Positions 38,667 to 52,508 of a DNA stretch of 64,000 nucleotides are shown in pieces. Every line of letters starts with the position of its first letter. Position 1 is the stretch's first letter. This stretch comes from Octopus vulgaris (taxonomy: Eukaryota), in contig OX597820.1 of the NCBI GenBank assembly GCA_951406725.2, positions 43,524,001 to 43,588,000 of the forward strand. The letters run 5' to 3'. Both the position numbers and the translations under genes were made by a program. The notes under the pieces were generated by a model. It saw nothing but the letters and a program-made list of their open reading frames with translations. It ran no database searches and was not told where the DNA came from.

Positions 38667-39868
38667 CGAGGGTGGTTCATTAATATTATCCCCTGACCCA
38701 CTTCCCAAAGACTGGGATAAACGAAACTTGACATAGATATTTGTCCTTCTCTGCATAGCCACCACTAATTGTGACACACTTCTCCTATCGCATTATGCAG
38801 CTGTGAAAACCTCCTCTGTAGAAGTCGGTAGGTTGCGTCCCTTCCAAAAAAAAAATCATGGTTGGAAGAGGTAGAAGCCGGATGATGCGAAGTCGGGAAA
38901 GTTATGAGAATGAGGAAGGGTTTCATAGCCGCAGGGGTGTGCTTTCATCTCTGCAACATTCGCATTGTCAACTGGTGCGTTGCAGACTCCTTTTAACAGC
39001 ATGCCACGTCTCTCTACTTTGATGGTGTCCCGCGATTTCTGCAGCAGAGAAGCATAATATGCCCTGTTAATTGAGGTACCCCTTGCCAGAAAATCCATCA
39101 TCACTACTTTGTGCTTTTCCCAACAGACTGTTTGCATCACCTTGCCTGCTGAAGTTTGGACATGAGCCTTTTCTGGATGTGGTGTGTTATAATGCTTCTA
39201 TTGTTTCGATTGGACTTTAGTCTCATGATCATAATGATGGACCCATGTTTCATCCTGTGTGATAAGTCTGCTGAAAAGGTCCTCCTCGTTTTCTTGGCAC
39301 ATTGCCAAAGAACCAGGTAGTAACCGACTCGTTCCTGCTTCTGAAAAGTTGTGAGCATCCGGGGAAGCCATCGTTCAGACAACTTCACATGTTCAAATGG
39401 TTTTGAATGACTTTTTCCATAGACCTTACACTTATCTTCGCTTCATGGGCTAGATGCCTAATAGTTATGCCGCGTTCCTCCAAAATGGCAGTTTTCACTT
39501 TATGGAAGGTGTCGTCCAGGATTAGTAGCAGTTTCCACCGATGTCCGACCACATTTGAACTGGCGATGCCAGTGCTTCGCTACGTTGTATGATGGTGCAT
39601 GGTCATCATAATCATCTTTCATTTCATTGAAAGTCTCTTTTGATGTACGACCTTTCAAGTATCAGGACCTGATCACTGATCTGCATTCGACTGCCTTCAT
39701 TATAATACCTTAGTTCACTTCAGCAACCGTAAAATACAAACGAATGCTAGTGGAATGCTTCAATTTACAATGTGACAAATAGAGACATGTATAATTATAC
39801 TTGTACAGGTTCCGTTTCCTGTAATAACCGGGAGTGGGTTAGTGGAAATCTTTCATGAACACACCTCG
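38667..39868 (-). mobile_element. Full-length decayed mariner transposon (~1.2 kb)
   Basis: TIRs TA-CGAGGGTGGTTCAT... / ...ATGAACACACCTCG. Broken transposase shows WLPRMLT (WVPHEL-like), ITQDETWVHHYD, KVMQTVCW, NAPV and HNFPDFASSGFYLF (YSPDLAPSDF-like). Confidence 0.9.
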
Positions 39869-40083
39869 TGTATATATTGGATCGCTGAACTCTACACAGT
39901 TTTTCTCTTTCCGTTTCTTTTTCTTTCATTCTCTCTCCATCTTTTTCCTCTTATTCCTTCCTGACGAAAAACGTAGGCCCGAAGCGTAAAAGACTTTTCA
40001 ATTTTACCGGTGCGTTAAATAAATACAACTGCTTTTTGTACCTACACCTATTCTTCATCTTGTGTTTTCCTGTAAATTTGAAC

Positions 40084-40114
<31 letters not shown>

Positions 40115-40536
40115 TCATTGTGCATACTCAAATCTAAGCACACGCTCACGCTTACATTCCACATGAATGTGATTGCTGTATAATCCAAATATCGTCCATT
40201 GGAGAGGAAACCGTACAACACAACATGAAACCCGCAAATAATGTTTATATGTTTCAAATAATATAATTTTTTTAATTATAAGTAAACCATACATTTTCCT
40301 TTAGCAATTATTATAGATAAATTCATTTATAGATGTTGTCATACAGACTTTATTCATCATTTCGCCGTCCACAAATACGTTACTCCTGATCATTTGACTG
40401 TTAGAAAAAGGTCCAGCTTCTAAATGATTAAAAATGTAACAAATAATCTTCAATATTAATGGGGATTTAGCTAATAGAACGATATACCTAATCGAAAACA
40501 ATGGCCAATATGAAATAATGAAAGAATTGCCTGTTC

Positions 40537-40618
<82 letters not shown>

Positions 40619-41745
40619 TTTGGCCATTTATTTTATAATGTTCTTAACATATAATTCCTTTAGATTTCCTTTCGAATTGTATGTAGTAAATGAAGTACCG
40701 TGTTGCCATCATTAACGAAAAGAAATTTTAATTATCCTCTAAAATTGAGCTCATTTAAACAATGAGTCCATGATCAGACAATGCCAGTATTACCTCTGAA
40801 CATATACTTTAATTAGCGGTAATACAATAGAGGAATGTGCAACGTATTTCTTATAAAATTTAATGAAAGTCTACTAAAAGTCGTGAATAATGTATGGAAT
40901 GACAAGTGTAGCATGAAGACATATGTTCGTGGTCTTTATGTATGAATCTAGGAACAAAAGGTTTGTTCTGATGCTTAGAAATGTATGCTTTCGTACATTG
41001 TATTGAAGTGTATTAGTGCGCTTGACTTACAGATTTCTATATCTAGAATTTGAATTAATTGAAGATTTCGCTTTCGTTTTCACTAGTATTTCAATAAGCA
41101 ATATCTTATGTCGTCCTATAAACTATATCTGATATGTAGTCAAATCATATTATATTTAAGTAATTTGTTGGGAATATTAAAGTGAGGATGTGTGTAATGA
41201 TATTAATAGGTATAGATAATCCTATCCACAACCTTGCTGCTATTATACTCTAAGATGTAATTAATCAGAGAATTTTTTGGTGTTTACTATCAAAGAATTA
41301 TGTAGATTATAGTTAGTACTAAAGATTTTCGAGTAAGTCAATTACATCGATCCTAATGTTCAACTGGTATTAATTATATCGACTACGAAAAGAGAAAAGG
41401 CAAAGTTGATCTGAGCAGAATTTGAACTCGGATCGTGAACACGGACGAAATGCCGCTAAGCATTTTGCCCAATCTGACAATGATTCTGCCAGATCACCGC
41501 CTTAGTTCATTCTAAATATTGGTTTCAAATTTTGTGCCTGTGTGAATTTCAATGCATGTGTTTCTGTGGATATAAGACTCACAAGTATTGACAGGATATA
41601 TCTGAACATATCTAACAAAGCATAACTCGTTGAATGTGTTCAACGAATAATTAGGAATAATAACAAATTGTTCGGATTTAGGACGTATGTATAAGTGTAG
41701 CAATACAACAGGAAGAAAACATCTTTCATACACTGTGTAAAGAAT

Positions 41746-42070
41746 TTAGGAGCACTCCGTCGGTTACGACGACGAGGGTCCCAGCTGATACGATCAACAG
41801 AACAGCCTGCTCGTGAAATTAACGTGCAAGTGGCTGAGCACTCCACAGACACGTGTACCCTTAACGTAGTTCTCAGGGAGATTCAGCGTGACACACAGTG
41901 TGACAAGGCCGGCACTTTGAAATACAGGTACAACTCATTTTTGCCAGCTAAGTGGACTAGAACAACATGAAATAAAGTGTCTTGCTCAAGGACACAACGC
42001 GTCGCTTGGAATCGAACTCACGACCTTACAATCGTGAGCCGAATGCCCTAACCACTAAGCCACGCGCCTT
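41746..42070 (-). mobile_element. SINE family D with 15-bp TSD
   Basis: tRNA head with A box TGGCTTAGTGG and B box GAGTTCGATTCC. TSD cactgtgtaaagaat at 41731-41745 and 42071-42085. Decayed copies at ~60100-60285 and ~60600-60925. Confidence 0.88.
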
Positions 42071-42896
42071 CACTGTGTAAAGAATACGTGTACGACAACC
42101 ACGCAGTCATTTCTCCGACGAACATTTGTTCCGTGACCATTCGCTTGAGCAGGTTGAAAGAAAAGGCTATACACCATTCGACCTGTCAATATACAACTAC
42201 TCGTCACTTACTTAGCTTTCGATATAAAATGTAACTCGAACATGTTTACATCCAAGTGGCGCATTAGCGTTATCCAATCTGAATAATTCTATAAATGCAA
42301 ACGAATGAAATTATTGTCCTTAGAGAATTATTTCTATGCCCATACGTCACAAAATATAGATGGCATTAATGAACTCCTTAACTAAGAGTTACGTGCCGCA
42401 TGCGGAGATTTAGATGACAAAAGGTGTTTATGTGCGTGTGTGTATGTGTGTGTGTGTGTGTGTGTGTGTATTACGTTGTGAGGCTGCATGTCTAAGTGGC
42501 TAGGGTGTTACATTCACGAGCTACTGATCGTGATTTCAATCCCGAAACCGAGTGGTCCGTTCTGCTTTTGAGCAAAACACCTCATCTCGCATTGCTCTGC
42601 GATCACTTCTACACCTACCGTGTGTGACAGCGTGCACCTATTCAGACAGCGTCGATTTGATAGAGAGAGTGAGCTGATGTGCGACACGAAAATTTGATCA
42701 CGATAAACAAACCATTACTGCAAGTGGTTCAATAGAAAACTGAACGCTCGTACGTCGTCTTCGATGGAAGAGTTCATCATATTATGTATTATGTTTGTAT
42801 TTCATTACCTACCTACACATTTACACACAAGCATGCGCTCACGCTCAAACGTATATATGTATGTATATATATATTTGTATATACATACACACACAC

Positions 42897-42950
42897 AGAT
42901 AGATAGATAGATAGATAGGGAGAGAAAGATAGGTAGAGAGAAAGACAGAC

Positions 42951-43035
<85 letters not shown>

Positions 43036-43064
43036 CATGGTTGGATGGTTAGATAGATAGATAA

Positions 43065-43156
<92 letters not shown>
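42897..43156. repeat. (GATA)n microsatellite
   Basis: Directly visible; another at ~8930-9021. Confidence 0.97.
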
Positions 43157-43157
<1 letters not shown>

Positions 43158-44044
43158 ATCACATGTATTAAAGATCCTTAGTATTTCTCCTTTCAGGCGA
43201 AGAGAAGTCAACAAACATTGCTTTTATATTGAATTTGTCAATATGCAATGATAATTATATAGCTTTTCTATTGACATTTCTGATTCTCCTATTGTGACAA
43301 ATCAACAACATTCAGTATTACAACTAATATGGATAATGCAAATATATTTTAGTTATATTAACATAAGATTCGGGTAAACCTCTTATTGCCATATTCTCAC
43401 TGCCAGATATAGAACCATTTAGATACGTATTCCGTTCAATCTACTATATATAATGTGGGACACATTTTCAAAGATGTAATAATTTTAGCTGTTTATACAC
43501 CGAGTATACTTATTTTGAGTCTAAATTCCAAGGTTTCCTTTCTTAGTTTCACATATATATACTCAGGCATAAGTTTATGATCGAGACACTCGCTTCGCGA
43601 CCATGTGTTTTGGGTTCGATTCCTGGGCTGGTCTTCCCTTGGGTGTCTTGTACTATAGACTCCTGTCGAACCAATCCTTGTTTATGAATTTAGTATGCTG
43701 AAATTGTGAGGAAGACTCCAGTACTGGGACCAACATCTTGCAAGCATGAAGGCACGCTGGCAAAGCGCTGCTCCTCTAAATGGAAACCTTACCTGTCATT
43801 CTGGTTTTGTGGCACGAAGCAAAGCAGTACATGGCTTCCACTCAAGAAAATACATAGCAAATGATCCGCAAGCACTCAAGTAATGTGACTCCTCATTTTG
43901 TTCCCTTCCCCAAAAGCTTTGCAGGTCACCAGCAAGTTTCAAGGGTTACATTCGTCTCCACCGAACATGATTACCGCCTTATGTTTCTGAATCCTCATTT
44001 GTCGTTCACTACGAGAGAATACATCACCATCATATATGAAGTGG

Positions 44045-44352
44045 TGTAGGTGCATGGTAAAAATGGCTAGAGCATCGAACTCGCGGTCGAGAGAGCACGG
44101 GTTCGAACCTCAGAACAGGCGATGTGCGTGTTTATAAACGAAACACCTTAGCTCCACGCAGCTCCGGCACAAGGTCATGGCAGATTTCTGCTGACACTTT
44201 CGCCACAAATTTCTCTCACTCTTTCCTCTGGCATCTAGCAGCTCACCTGTGACGGGCCGGAGTCCCGTTCAGGTGGGGAACCTATACGCCAATGAAACCG
44301 AGAAACCGGTTCTTATGAGCCAGGCATGGCTCGAGAAGGAACAAACAACAGC
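44045..44352 (+). mobile_element. tRNA SINE sharing its 5' half with family C but with a different 3' half and an (AAC)-type tail
   Basis: B box GGTTCGAACC and shared ctttcgccacaa.tttctctcactcttt, then a divergent tail. Another tRNA-SINE type lies at ~42478-42780. Confidence 0.7.
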
Positions 44353-44550
44353 ATATATGAATTGACAAATAATGAAGAGAAACTGAACGCATGCATTCAG
44401 TATTGTCATGACTACACTGCCCAGATAAAACAAATATATGTACATATATACGCACACAAGCACACACACTCACACACACACAAATATATATATTCTTATC
44501 TCCTCATACCCATCCCCTACTCCTCTCCCATCGCCGTATGTAGGCATATA

Positions 44551-44950
44551 TCTTTATATATAAAAGTCAAGTTGTGTGTCTGTCTCCTACGATTTAGATT
44601 CCTAACTACTCCCACATTTTGCGGTGCAGTGTAAGCAAAAGCGGGTATCTTATAGTCGTGATTCCTATCGAGCCCTTCTGGGTATTAGCGCGCGTCTACG
44701 ATGAGTCTACGATTTTAAAAATAATTTACCATCATTTTTTTTCCATTTTAATGCATTTTTCGCTATTATATAAGGGAAGTAACTCTCTAAAAATGTATAT
44801 GATGAGTCAACGATTTCTAAAAAAATATACCATCATTTTTTTTCCATTTTTAATGCAATTTTTTTTGCTATTTTTTGGCTATAACTCTCTAAAAAAGCTT
44901 ATATAGTTATTTCCCTTACAAACCCGAGCAACGCCGGGTGATACTGCTAG
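44551..44950 (+). mobile_element. Complete 400-bp non-autonomous Helitron
   Basis: Begins A^TCtttatatataaaa and ends with hairpin ACCCG-agcaacgc-CGGGT (44922-44939) followed by CTAG^T. No TSD. Internal ~100-bp tandem duplication (44700-44793 / 44801-44896). Confidence 0.88.
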
Positions 44951-45543
44951 TATTTCATAAATAAATAGATAATCAATGTAAAACCGGTTGCGTTTCACAC
45001 GAAGTTCTTCGTACTGAGTTTTAGATGTATTTGTAGTCAAAACGTCAAACATACATTGAAAGTGATATCCGACCACTAGAAGGTAGTAAACAACGCCAAT
45101 TTTGTTTTCAAATTACAATACAAAACGAATTAAATGAAACGATTAAATGTCTTCTTCTTACATTACAAATAATCAATGAGGGGGAATAGAGAAAGTAAAA
45201 AAAAACAGATAAAGAAATATGAACAGGAGACATGATGGAAATGAATTGACGGAGAGACATAGAAGCAACGTCGTGTATTCTATACAAAAATTGTTTTATC
45301 TCTTACTTGTTTCAATCACAACACTGCGGCCATCCTGGGGCACCTCTTTGAAGAATTTTAGTCAGACGAGTCGAATCCAGGAGTTATACTTTTTTAAAAC
45401 ATTGAATCTATTCAATCGGGCTCTTTTTCTGAACCGCTAGGTTGAAAGAGACATTTACACGCAAACACCGGTTGCCCAGTGCCGGTGGTGGACGAACAGA
45501 AACACAGGCATACACACACACATGCACACATACATATGCATAC

Positions 45544-45588
<45 letters not shown>

Positions 45589-48179
45589 ATGGGCTTCTTT
45601 CAGTTTCCATCCAGGAAATTCAATCACAAAGCTTGCCGAAGGTTCCACATCGTTGGACTGAACACAGAACCATTTGGTTGGGAAGCAGCCTTCTTACCAC
45701 TCAGCCACGCCGATACCTAATATCATATAACTTACATACCTTCTAATTCTTATCAAAAAACATCGAAGGGCATTAACTCAAAAGAAACGGAATTGCGCCA
45801 CAACGATTACTTTGAACTATTAAGATTCCTTCCAGCATCTTATGATAAAATATTTTTATCTGAAATGGTTTTCAACATTTATTTCTTCGGAATCAATAAC
45901 AGATATACTAGATATGAATTAAACCATTTCGAAGTGTTATATATATGCCGTACAAGTAATTGAACTTCTGGCAGCTTAACAAGCCAATGCTGTTTATATT
46001 AAGTAATAACAAGTGGTCAAAACGTCTGTGTGTTGTATTATGCTCTTCGCAATATTTAATCTCAGTGAAATCGGTGAATAAGCACAATCGTTAGCGCGCC
46101 GGAAAAATGCTTAACGAAATTCTTTTCCGGTTCTTCAAGTTCTGAGTTTAAATCCTACCGATGTTGGCTATTTCTTTCTTCTTTTTGGGAAGTGGATAAA
46201 TTAAGAGACACTTGAGCTCTCGAATTGAGGTAATCGGCTAACACTTCCCTCTATAACTGCAGGTTTTCGGTCAAAATTTGAAATCATTGTCCAGTCTCAT
46301 CGGGCGGAATTATTTAGCCTCGTCGTTTCATGTTCTGATATTTATTTCAAGATGTCGGTATTTCCTTCTTGTTTCTACAAAATCTATAAAAATCGCTACA
46401 GTTTCCATTACAAATATTGACAGTGTCCATAAGGATATATGAAATAAAAAGCAAGCATGGTGGTATAGTTAAGAAGCTGACGTTGCAGTCACGTGTATTT
46501 GGATTCGTGTTTGGTACTCCTGCGTTGCACCTGAAACAAGTGCCCTCTACCATAACCCAGGAGCGACCAGTACCTTTCGATTGGATTTAGCAGACGAAAA
46601 CTGTCTAGAAAGAGTCCATGGGATATATACATATATGTGTACGTAAGTGTATGCGAGTGTAGGTGCCTGTGTGCGTGTGTGCTTGTGTATGTCCCACGTA
46701 GCATGTGAAAACCAGTACTGATTCCTTTACGTCACTCAAAACTAGCACTTCGGTGGAAAACAGATAGAGTATGTAGTTGACTTAAAAAAGTCCTGGGGTT
46801 GATTTGTTTGACTAAAAACCCTATAAGATAAGCCCCAGAATGGTTGCAGTCCAATGGCTGAGAGAAGTAAGCGATAAAATATATAAAGATAACTTGATAA
46901 TTATTTCATGTACGTTTATAAAATAACTCTTAAAACTCGCCACCTCGGCACATTATGTTTCGCTGCTGTTTTTATGAGTTGGATTTAAAAACAAAGTCTA
47001 TTACGATCTACAACTTCTGTACCACCTTCTGAAAATGTCGCTTAGCTGTATATTTTAAAGGTATCTCGCTTATTTATCGTATTTAGATTCTCAATACCTC
47101 CAGACGTTTTTGTCTGCTAAATGCATGTGTTATGTCAGTTAATCAAAGTTACTCAATTCACTGCATAACATATGTGTAACTCTAACACATCTCCATTTAG
47201 TGCGTAGATTGCCTACCAAAATTATCTTCCTTCAGGCATATTGCAAATTATTAAACTGAAAGCTTTTGTTTCCTAAGGAAATATTTAATTACAATTACAC
47301 AAAGATTGAATCATCTTTCTGTAAATTTGCTCAAAGTATGTTAAACGTGACCGCAGTAGCCAATATGCCGAAGAATTTATAAGTGAAGAATATTTTTAAA
47401 AGATAACTTGATCTATAGTATGAATACACAAGCTAGTTATGAAAGAATCGGAGTATGAAAGTGAGGAAACAATACATACCAATAAAATTTAATGTAATTT
47501 TTTTTTAAAAAAGAGAGAAAAAATACGCAGAAAAATACAGAAATGTAACAGAAAAATCTTGAGTGAAGAGAATTCCATTACTATTGAAAAGTAATGCCAA
47601 ATAAACAATCTAAAATAAAAGAAAGCGAGGTTTTACTCGCGGAGTTTTAAATTAAAATAAATCGCTTATTCATCTTCAATTGAACGGGGGTTTGCTAGGA
47701 AAAAAATCAATGAAGACATGTCTGAGAGACTTATTTAAAGAATGAAGAATGAGTATAAATAAATATTACTTACCTTTTAGAGAATAGCATGAAGAAACCA
47801 AATATGGATGCTAGAATACAAGGTAACTTATTATCGATGCCGAGAAATGTAAAAGAATAATGTTTCTACGCAAAACAGTGGACTTTACACCTCGACATAT
47901 AACACAAACGTAACTAAGTCTGCGCCTTTTACATCAGAGACACCGATAATTAACACGACTGATTTTCTTCGTGTCAAATATCTGTTTGAATCAAAGACCA
48001 AACGAAAAATTATGTTTTTAAGTATTCTCTCCTCTTGTGTCATTTGAAAATCTCAAACAATCTAGTAAATACTTAAACGCGGTTAGATCTCTTTCTGTTT
48101 GAGGTTGGGTTTGCTGACGCCAGAAGTGTGTGTATGTGTGTGTCTTTTACTGCTTTCAGCAATGTGAATGTGTTTCCTG

Positions 48180-48207
48180 GTACGAAAAATAGAGCATACA
48201 TACCTAA

Positions 48208-48253
<46 letters not shown>

Positions 48254-48281
48254 TTAGGTATGTATGGTCTATTTTTCGTAC
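48180..48281. repeat. Palindrome of unique arms centred on (TA)n
   Basis: gtacgaaaaatagagcatacatacctaagtgtg-(TA)n-cacacttaggtatgtatggtctatttttcgtac, with one mismatch. Part of the arm is repeated again at 48283-48298. Confidence 0.88.
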
Positions 48282-48295
48282 TTGCTCTATTTTTC

Positions 48296-48343
<48 letters not shown>

Positions 48344-48399
48344 CATATACACACACACACACACACACATACACGCACACACACACACACACATACACG

Positions 48400-48431
<32 letters not shown>

Positions 48432-48580
48432 GAAAGAGATACATACATATGAATTGACATAAACAGCCTGGTGCAATGTGATAACATAAAGGAAAAATTT
48501 AACCATCCATAAGTGCCGAAACACCTACATCACTAGAAATAAGAGTTAAAATATCTCGATGCTGTAAGAACAGCGTAATG

Positions 48581-48643
<63 letters not shown>

Positions 48644-48981
48644 ATATATATTCCCTGGCGGGACGGTAACTGCTTATGATTGTCTCCAGAATCACAAGGC
48701 TAAGCCTTCTTTCGCCTATTTTGTAGGCATCGTCATTTGAGATTACTCAAACGATCGGTTGTTTGGTTATTTCTGTCTGCCTGTCTATATACTTTAACCA
48801 TAAAACTTTATGACTGATTTAGCGAAATGCTAATACGTATGCTAAAACATAATATAAACAGGTAGGCACAATGTAAAGTGCGAAAGGAAAACTTTTATCG
48901 ACACTAAGTGTGACAAAGGGTGCCGAAGCACCTACATTGCAAGAGATAAGAGTAAAACACTCTTAAGGATGTAAGTAGAGC

Positions 48982-49032
<51 letters not shown>

Positions 49033-49225
49033 TACTTATATATATATATATACATTACATTATTTCATTCGTATGTATATATGTATGTATGTATACATAT
49101 ATACACTGTCAGGGGAGGTAACCACCACATGGCCCTCTCTAGAAGAGAAAATTTACGACTCATGTATTAGTTTCATAAATGTAGTGCATGAAATGCTCCA
49201 CTGTTGTATTGCGTAGCTTTTCACT

Positions 49226-49281
<56 letters not shown>

Positions 49282-49721
49282 TGTTTGTGTTTGTGTTTGT
49301 GTTTGTGTTTGTGTGTCTGTGTAAGTATATATGTATGTATGTAATTATATATATATGTATGTATATATTTATGTATACATATGCGTATATAATACACATA
49401 CCTACATAGGTACATACATATTACGTAACGCAATGGTTGAGCATTTTGTGCGCTGCACTTATGAAGCTAATTCATAAGTTGTAATTTTTCCTTTTTATAT
49501 GATGAAGTTTCATAACTGAAAAACGGAAGGGTCTTAGATTGTAGAATCCTACCAATTGGACGATGCAGATGTTTGTGCATCGTCACAGATTAAATGCCAG
49601 GGATATTCTGTGGAGAGGTTCGAAAATCTAGAGAATGTCACCCATCAAATTCCCGGATATACAGTACGCCAAAGCTACAGTTTGATATATAAAATTATAT
49701 ATATATATATATATATATGTA

Positions 49722-50003
49722 TATCACGTGATCACGTGACCGACCAGACCATCAGATGTTGCTACACATCGCTGGTCACAATGCGTTCGCATTGTTTTAG
49801 CCTTCGAATGACGCCACCCCTCTGGCTAAGCGAGCAGGCCAACAGAAGAAAGAGTGAGAGAAAGGGTGGTGAAGGAGTACAGCAGGGATCACCACCCCCT
49901 GCCGGAGCCTCGTGGAGCTTTTAGGTGGGAATCAAAACCGCGATCCTACGACCGCGAGTCCGCTGCCCTAACCACTCTAACCACTGGGCCATTGCACCTC
50001 CAC
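49722..50003 (-). mobile_element. SINE family C
   Basis: Reverse-complement match to 11427-11696, with TA repeats on both sides. Confidence 0.85.
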
Positions 50004-50010
50004 ATATATG

Positions 50011-50041
<31 letters not shown>

Positions 50042-50234
50042 TATTTATTTATTTATTTATTTATTTATAAATAGTCACACAGCCAGGTACAAACTTTTGC
50101 TAGAAATAGCAGTTCATAACCGTAGGACGCTAAGTAAATCTTCACTGAAAGTATAAAGGTAAATATGTGTGAGCGCGGCGAATATAAAAACAATTTCGGT
50201 TTACCTCTAGGAAGAACGCCACAGAAATGGACAA

Positions 50235-50306
50235 CCTAGTACACGGGTTTCGGACTTTTCTCAATACTTTTGTTATCGTAAAAATGATTGGTCTTCTTCA
50301 GCTATG
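50235..50306 (-). ncRNA. Hammerhead ribozyme-like motif, slightly decayed, with long stem II loop
   Basis: Minus strand: caTAG CTGAAGA aGAC...GTCc GAAA cccgtg TA CTAgg. The core boxes are intact; stem III is one change from the palindrome CACGTG. Confidence 0.65.
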
Positions 50307-50417
50307 TGTAACGGAAGACTAAATTTAAAATATCCGTTACATAAATGCGTGTATACTCGGCCAAAAGCCCCAGCCATAATTAACACTATTGTATTGTAAT
50401 ATTTATAATTTTTTTAC

Positions 50418-50710
<293 letters not shown>

Positions 50711-52318
50711 ATGTCTGAGGTCCACATATATATAGACACACATATTAAACAGGTATATACAAACATGTATATACGTACAGTTTTGATATGATATGTGGAT
50801 TGTTCAGTTATGGAGCCTATCATTCCTTGTTTACATTGTTTCTTTGTGTTCTTTCATACTTTGTACCACTTCTTTCTTCTTTTGGTTATATATTATCAAT
50901 GTGTTGTTTTTGTTTTTGTTTTTTTTTAGCTTAACTGACATAGCAGCCAGAAATAATCGATTTATTTTCTAAGGAGAAAATATTTTTAAAATGAAAATAT
51001 CAGGTAAGATAATGAGAAAGTTAGGAAAGAATGAATAACAATGACAAATATAAAATAAACGCTAAATTTAAGAAAGGGTGACAACAACTCACAAACAACA
51101 AAAATATTGGATTGCTAAATGCTGAATCTACAAAACGAAAAACATGATAAAATAGCGCTTAGAAAATTATTATCTTCGTTTGTGTCTAACTTATCTTGTT
51201 GTTGCTATCGTTGCTAATGGTATTGATGTTCTAGTATTGTATTTTATTATATTTTTATTACTTTATTTTATTATATTATCCTTTTATTATTCTTTTTTCA
51301 GAACACCGAATTTAATTACCATGTTATTTCCATGAAATTCTGTATATCCTCTATTTCAAATAAAAAATTGAAAAGAACAACGTGCCCACGCTGAAAGCCC
51401 TACCTGGATAATTATATTAACAGTAAAGTGCAACACTACGGTCTGTGTTGGCGAAGTTCTTAGACGATGTGGGCGGTGCTTCAGTTGTTGGTAATGTTTA
51501 TGAAAGAGAAATATATAAAATGACATAGAGAATCAAAGTATAAAAAAATCCTTATATTTATATATATCCCTGCTTATATATGTATGTAGACATTTATACA
51601 TATATTCATAGATGTATTCCGAAATACGCTCAGGCAGACACACCTGTATAGGTAGGAGGTACTCGATCGAGTGTATGTGTATGTGTCCGTTAAAAAAGCT
51701 AGCGAGTGAAGGAAATATATATTGTTGATTGTCGATACCATTTTCTTGGATCGAACCGAAGTCTGAATGCATGATCTATGAATATATATAAATAGTTTAA
51801 AAACTACCTTGCTCTATGACTCTAAGATGTTTTAACATCCATGCTATTAGGGAGTTTCTTTAAACGTTATATGGCATCAAATACGGCGAATAAACAAAAT
51901 ATATTGTGTATGTGCTATCGATAATGTTTTCTTTATTAGTGCTGCTTTAAATTCGTATTTTAACACACGCACACATACACGCATACACACACGCACTTTA
52001 CGAGTTACCGAATCATCGAATGAATTCTATGGTATTTTTTATAAACTGTCCAGGCAAGTTCCATTCAACTATAGGCAACGGAGTAAATGTTACCGATAAG
52101 GATCAACTCAATCGGAAATCATCGATGATTTGACACTCCTCGCTTGCTGTATGGAGACTAGTCTTCCTTAACGATCAATAGATAAGTTTTTTGTCGTGGC
52201 TAAGAGTTGTTTTGACACTTATTTCTAGCAAAACTGCTGCTGATTTGCCTGCTTCATCACTTTAGTAGCATATGTACTCCAACCTTTGTTTAAAAAATTA
52301 CGAATAGCCACCTTAATA

Positions 52319-52368
<50 letters not shown>

Positions 52369-52508
52369 CCCTCAGTCCTCCCTCTTCTATCTCTCTGTTC
52401 TCTCCCTCTCTCTCTCCCAATCGGTCCTCTGTCCGTCTGATTTCTTTCCCCTCTCTCCTATTCCTTAGTCCCTCTGCCTTCTCCAACTCCTCCACTTCTT
52501 TACCACGT

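Noticed and set aside
41990-42070. tRNA-like sequences with A and B boxes (also other SINE heads)
   Set aside because: They continue into SINE bodies with TSDs and lack a complete cloverleaf, so they are not tRNA genes.
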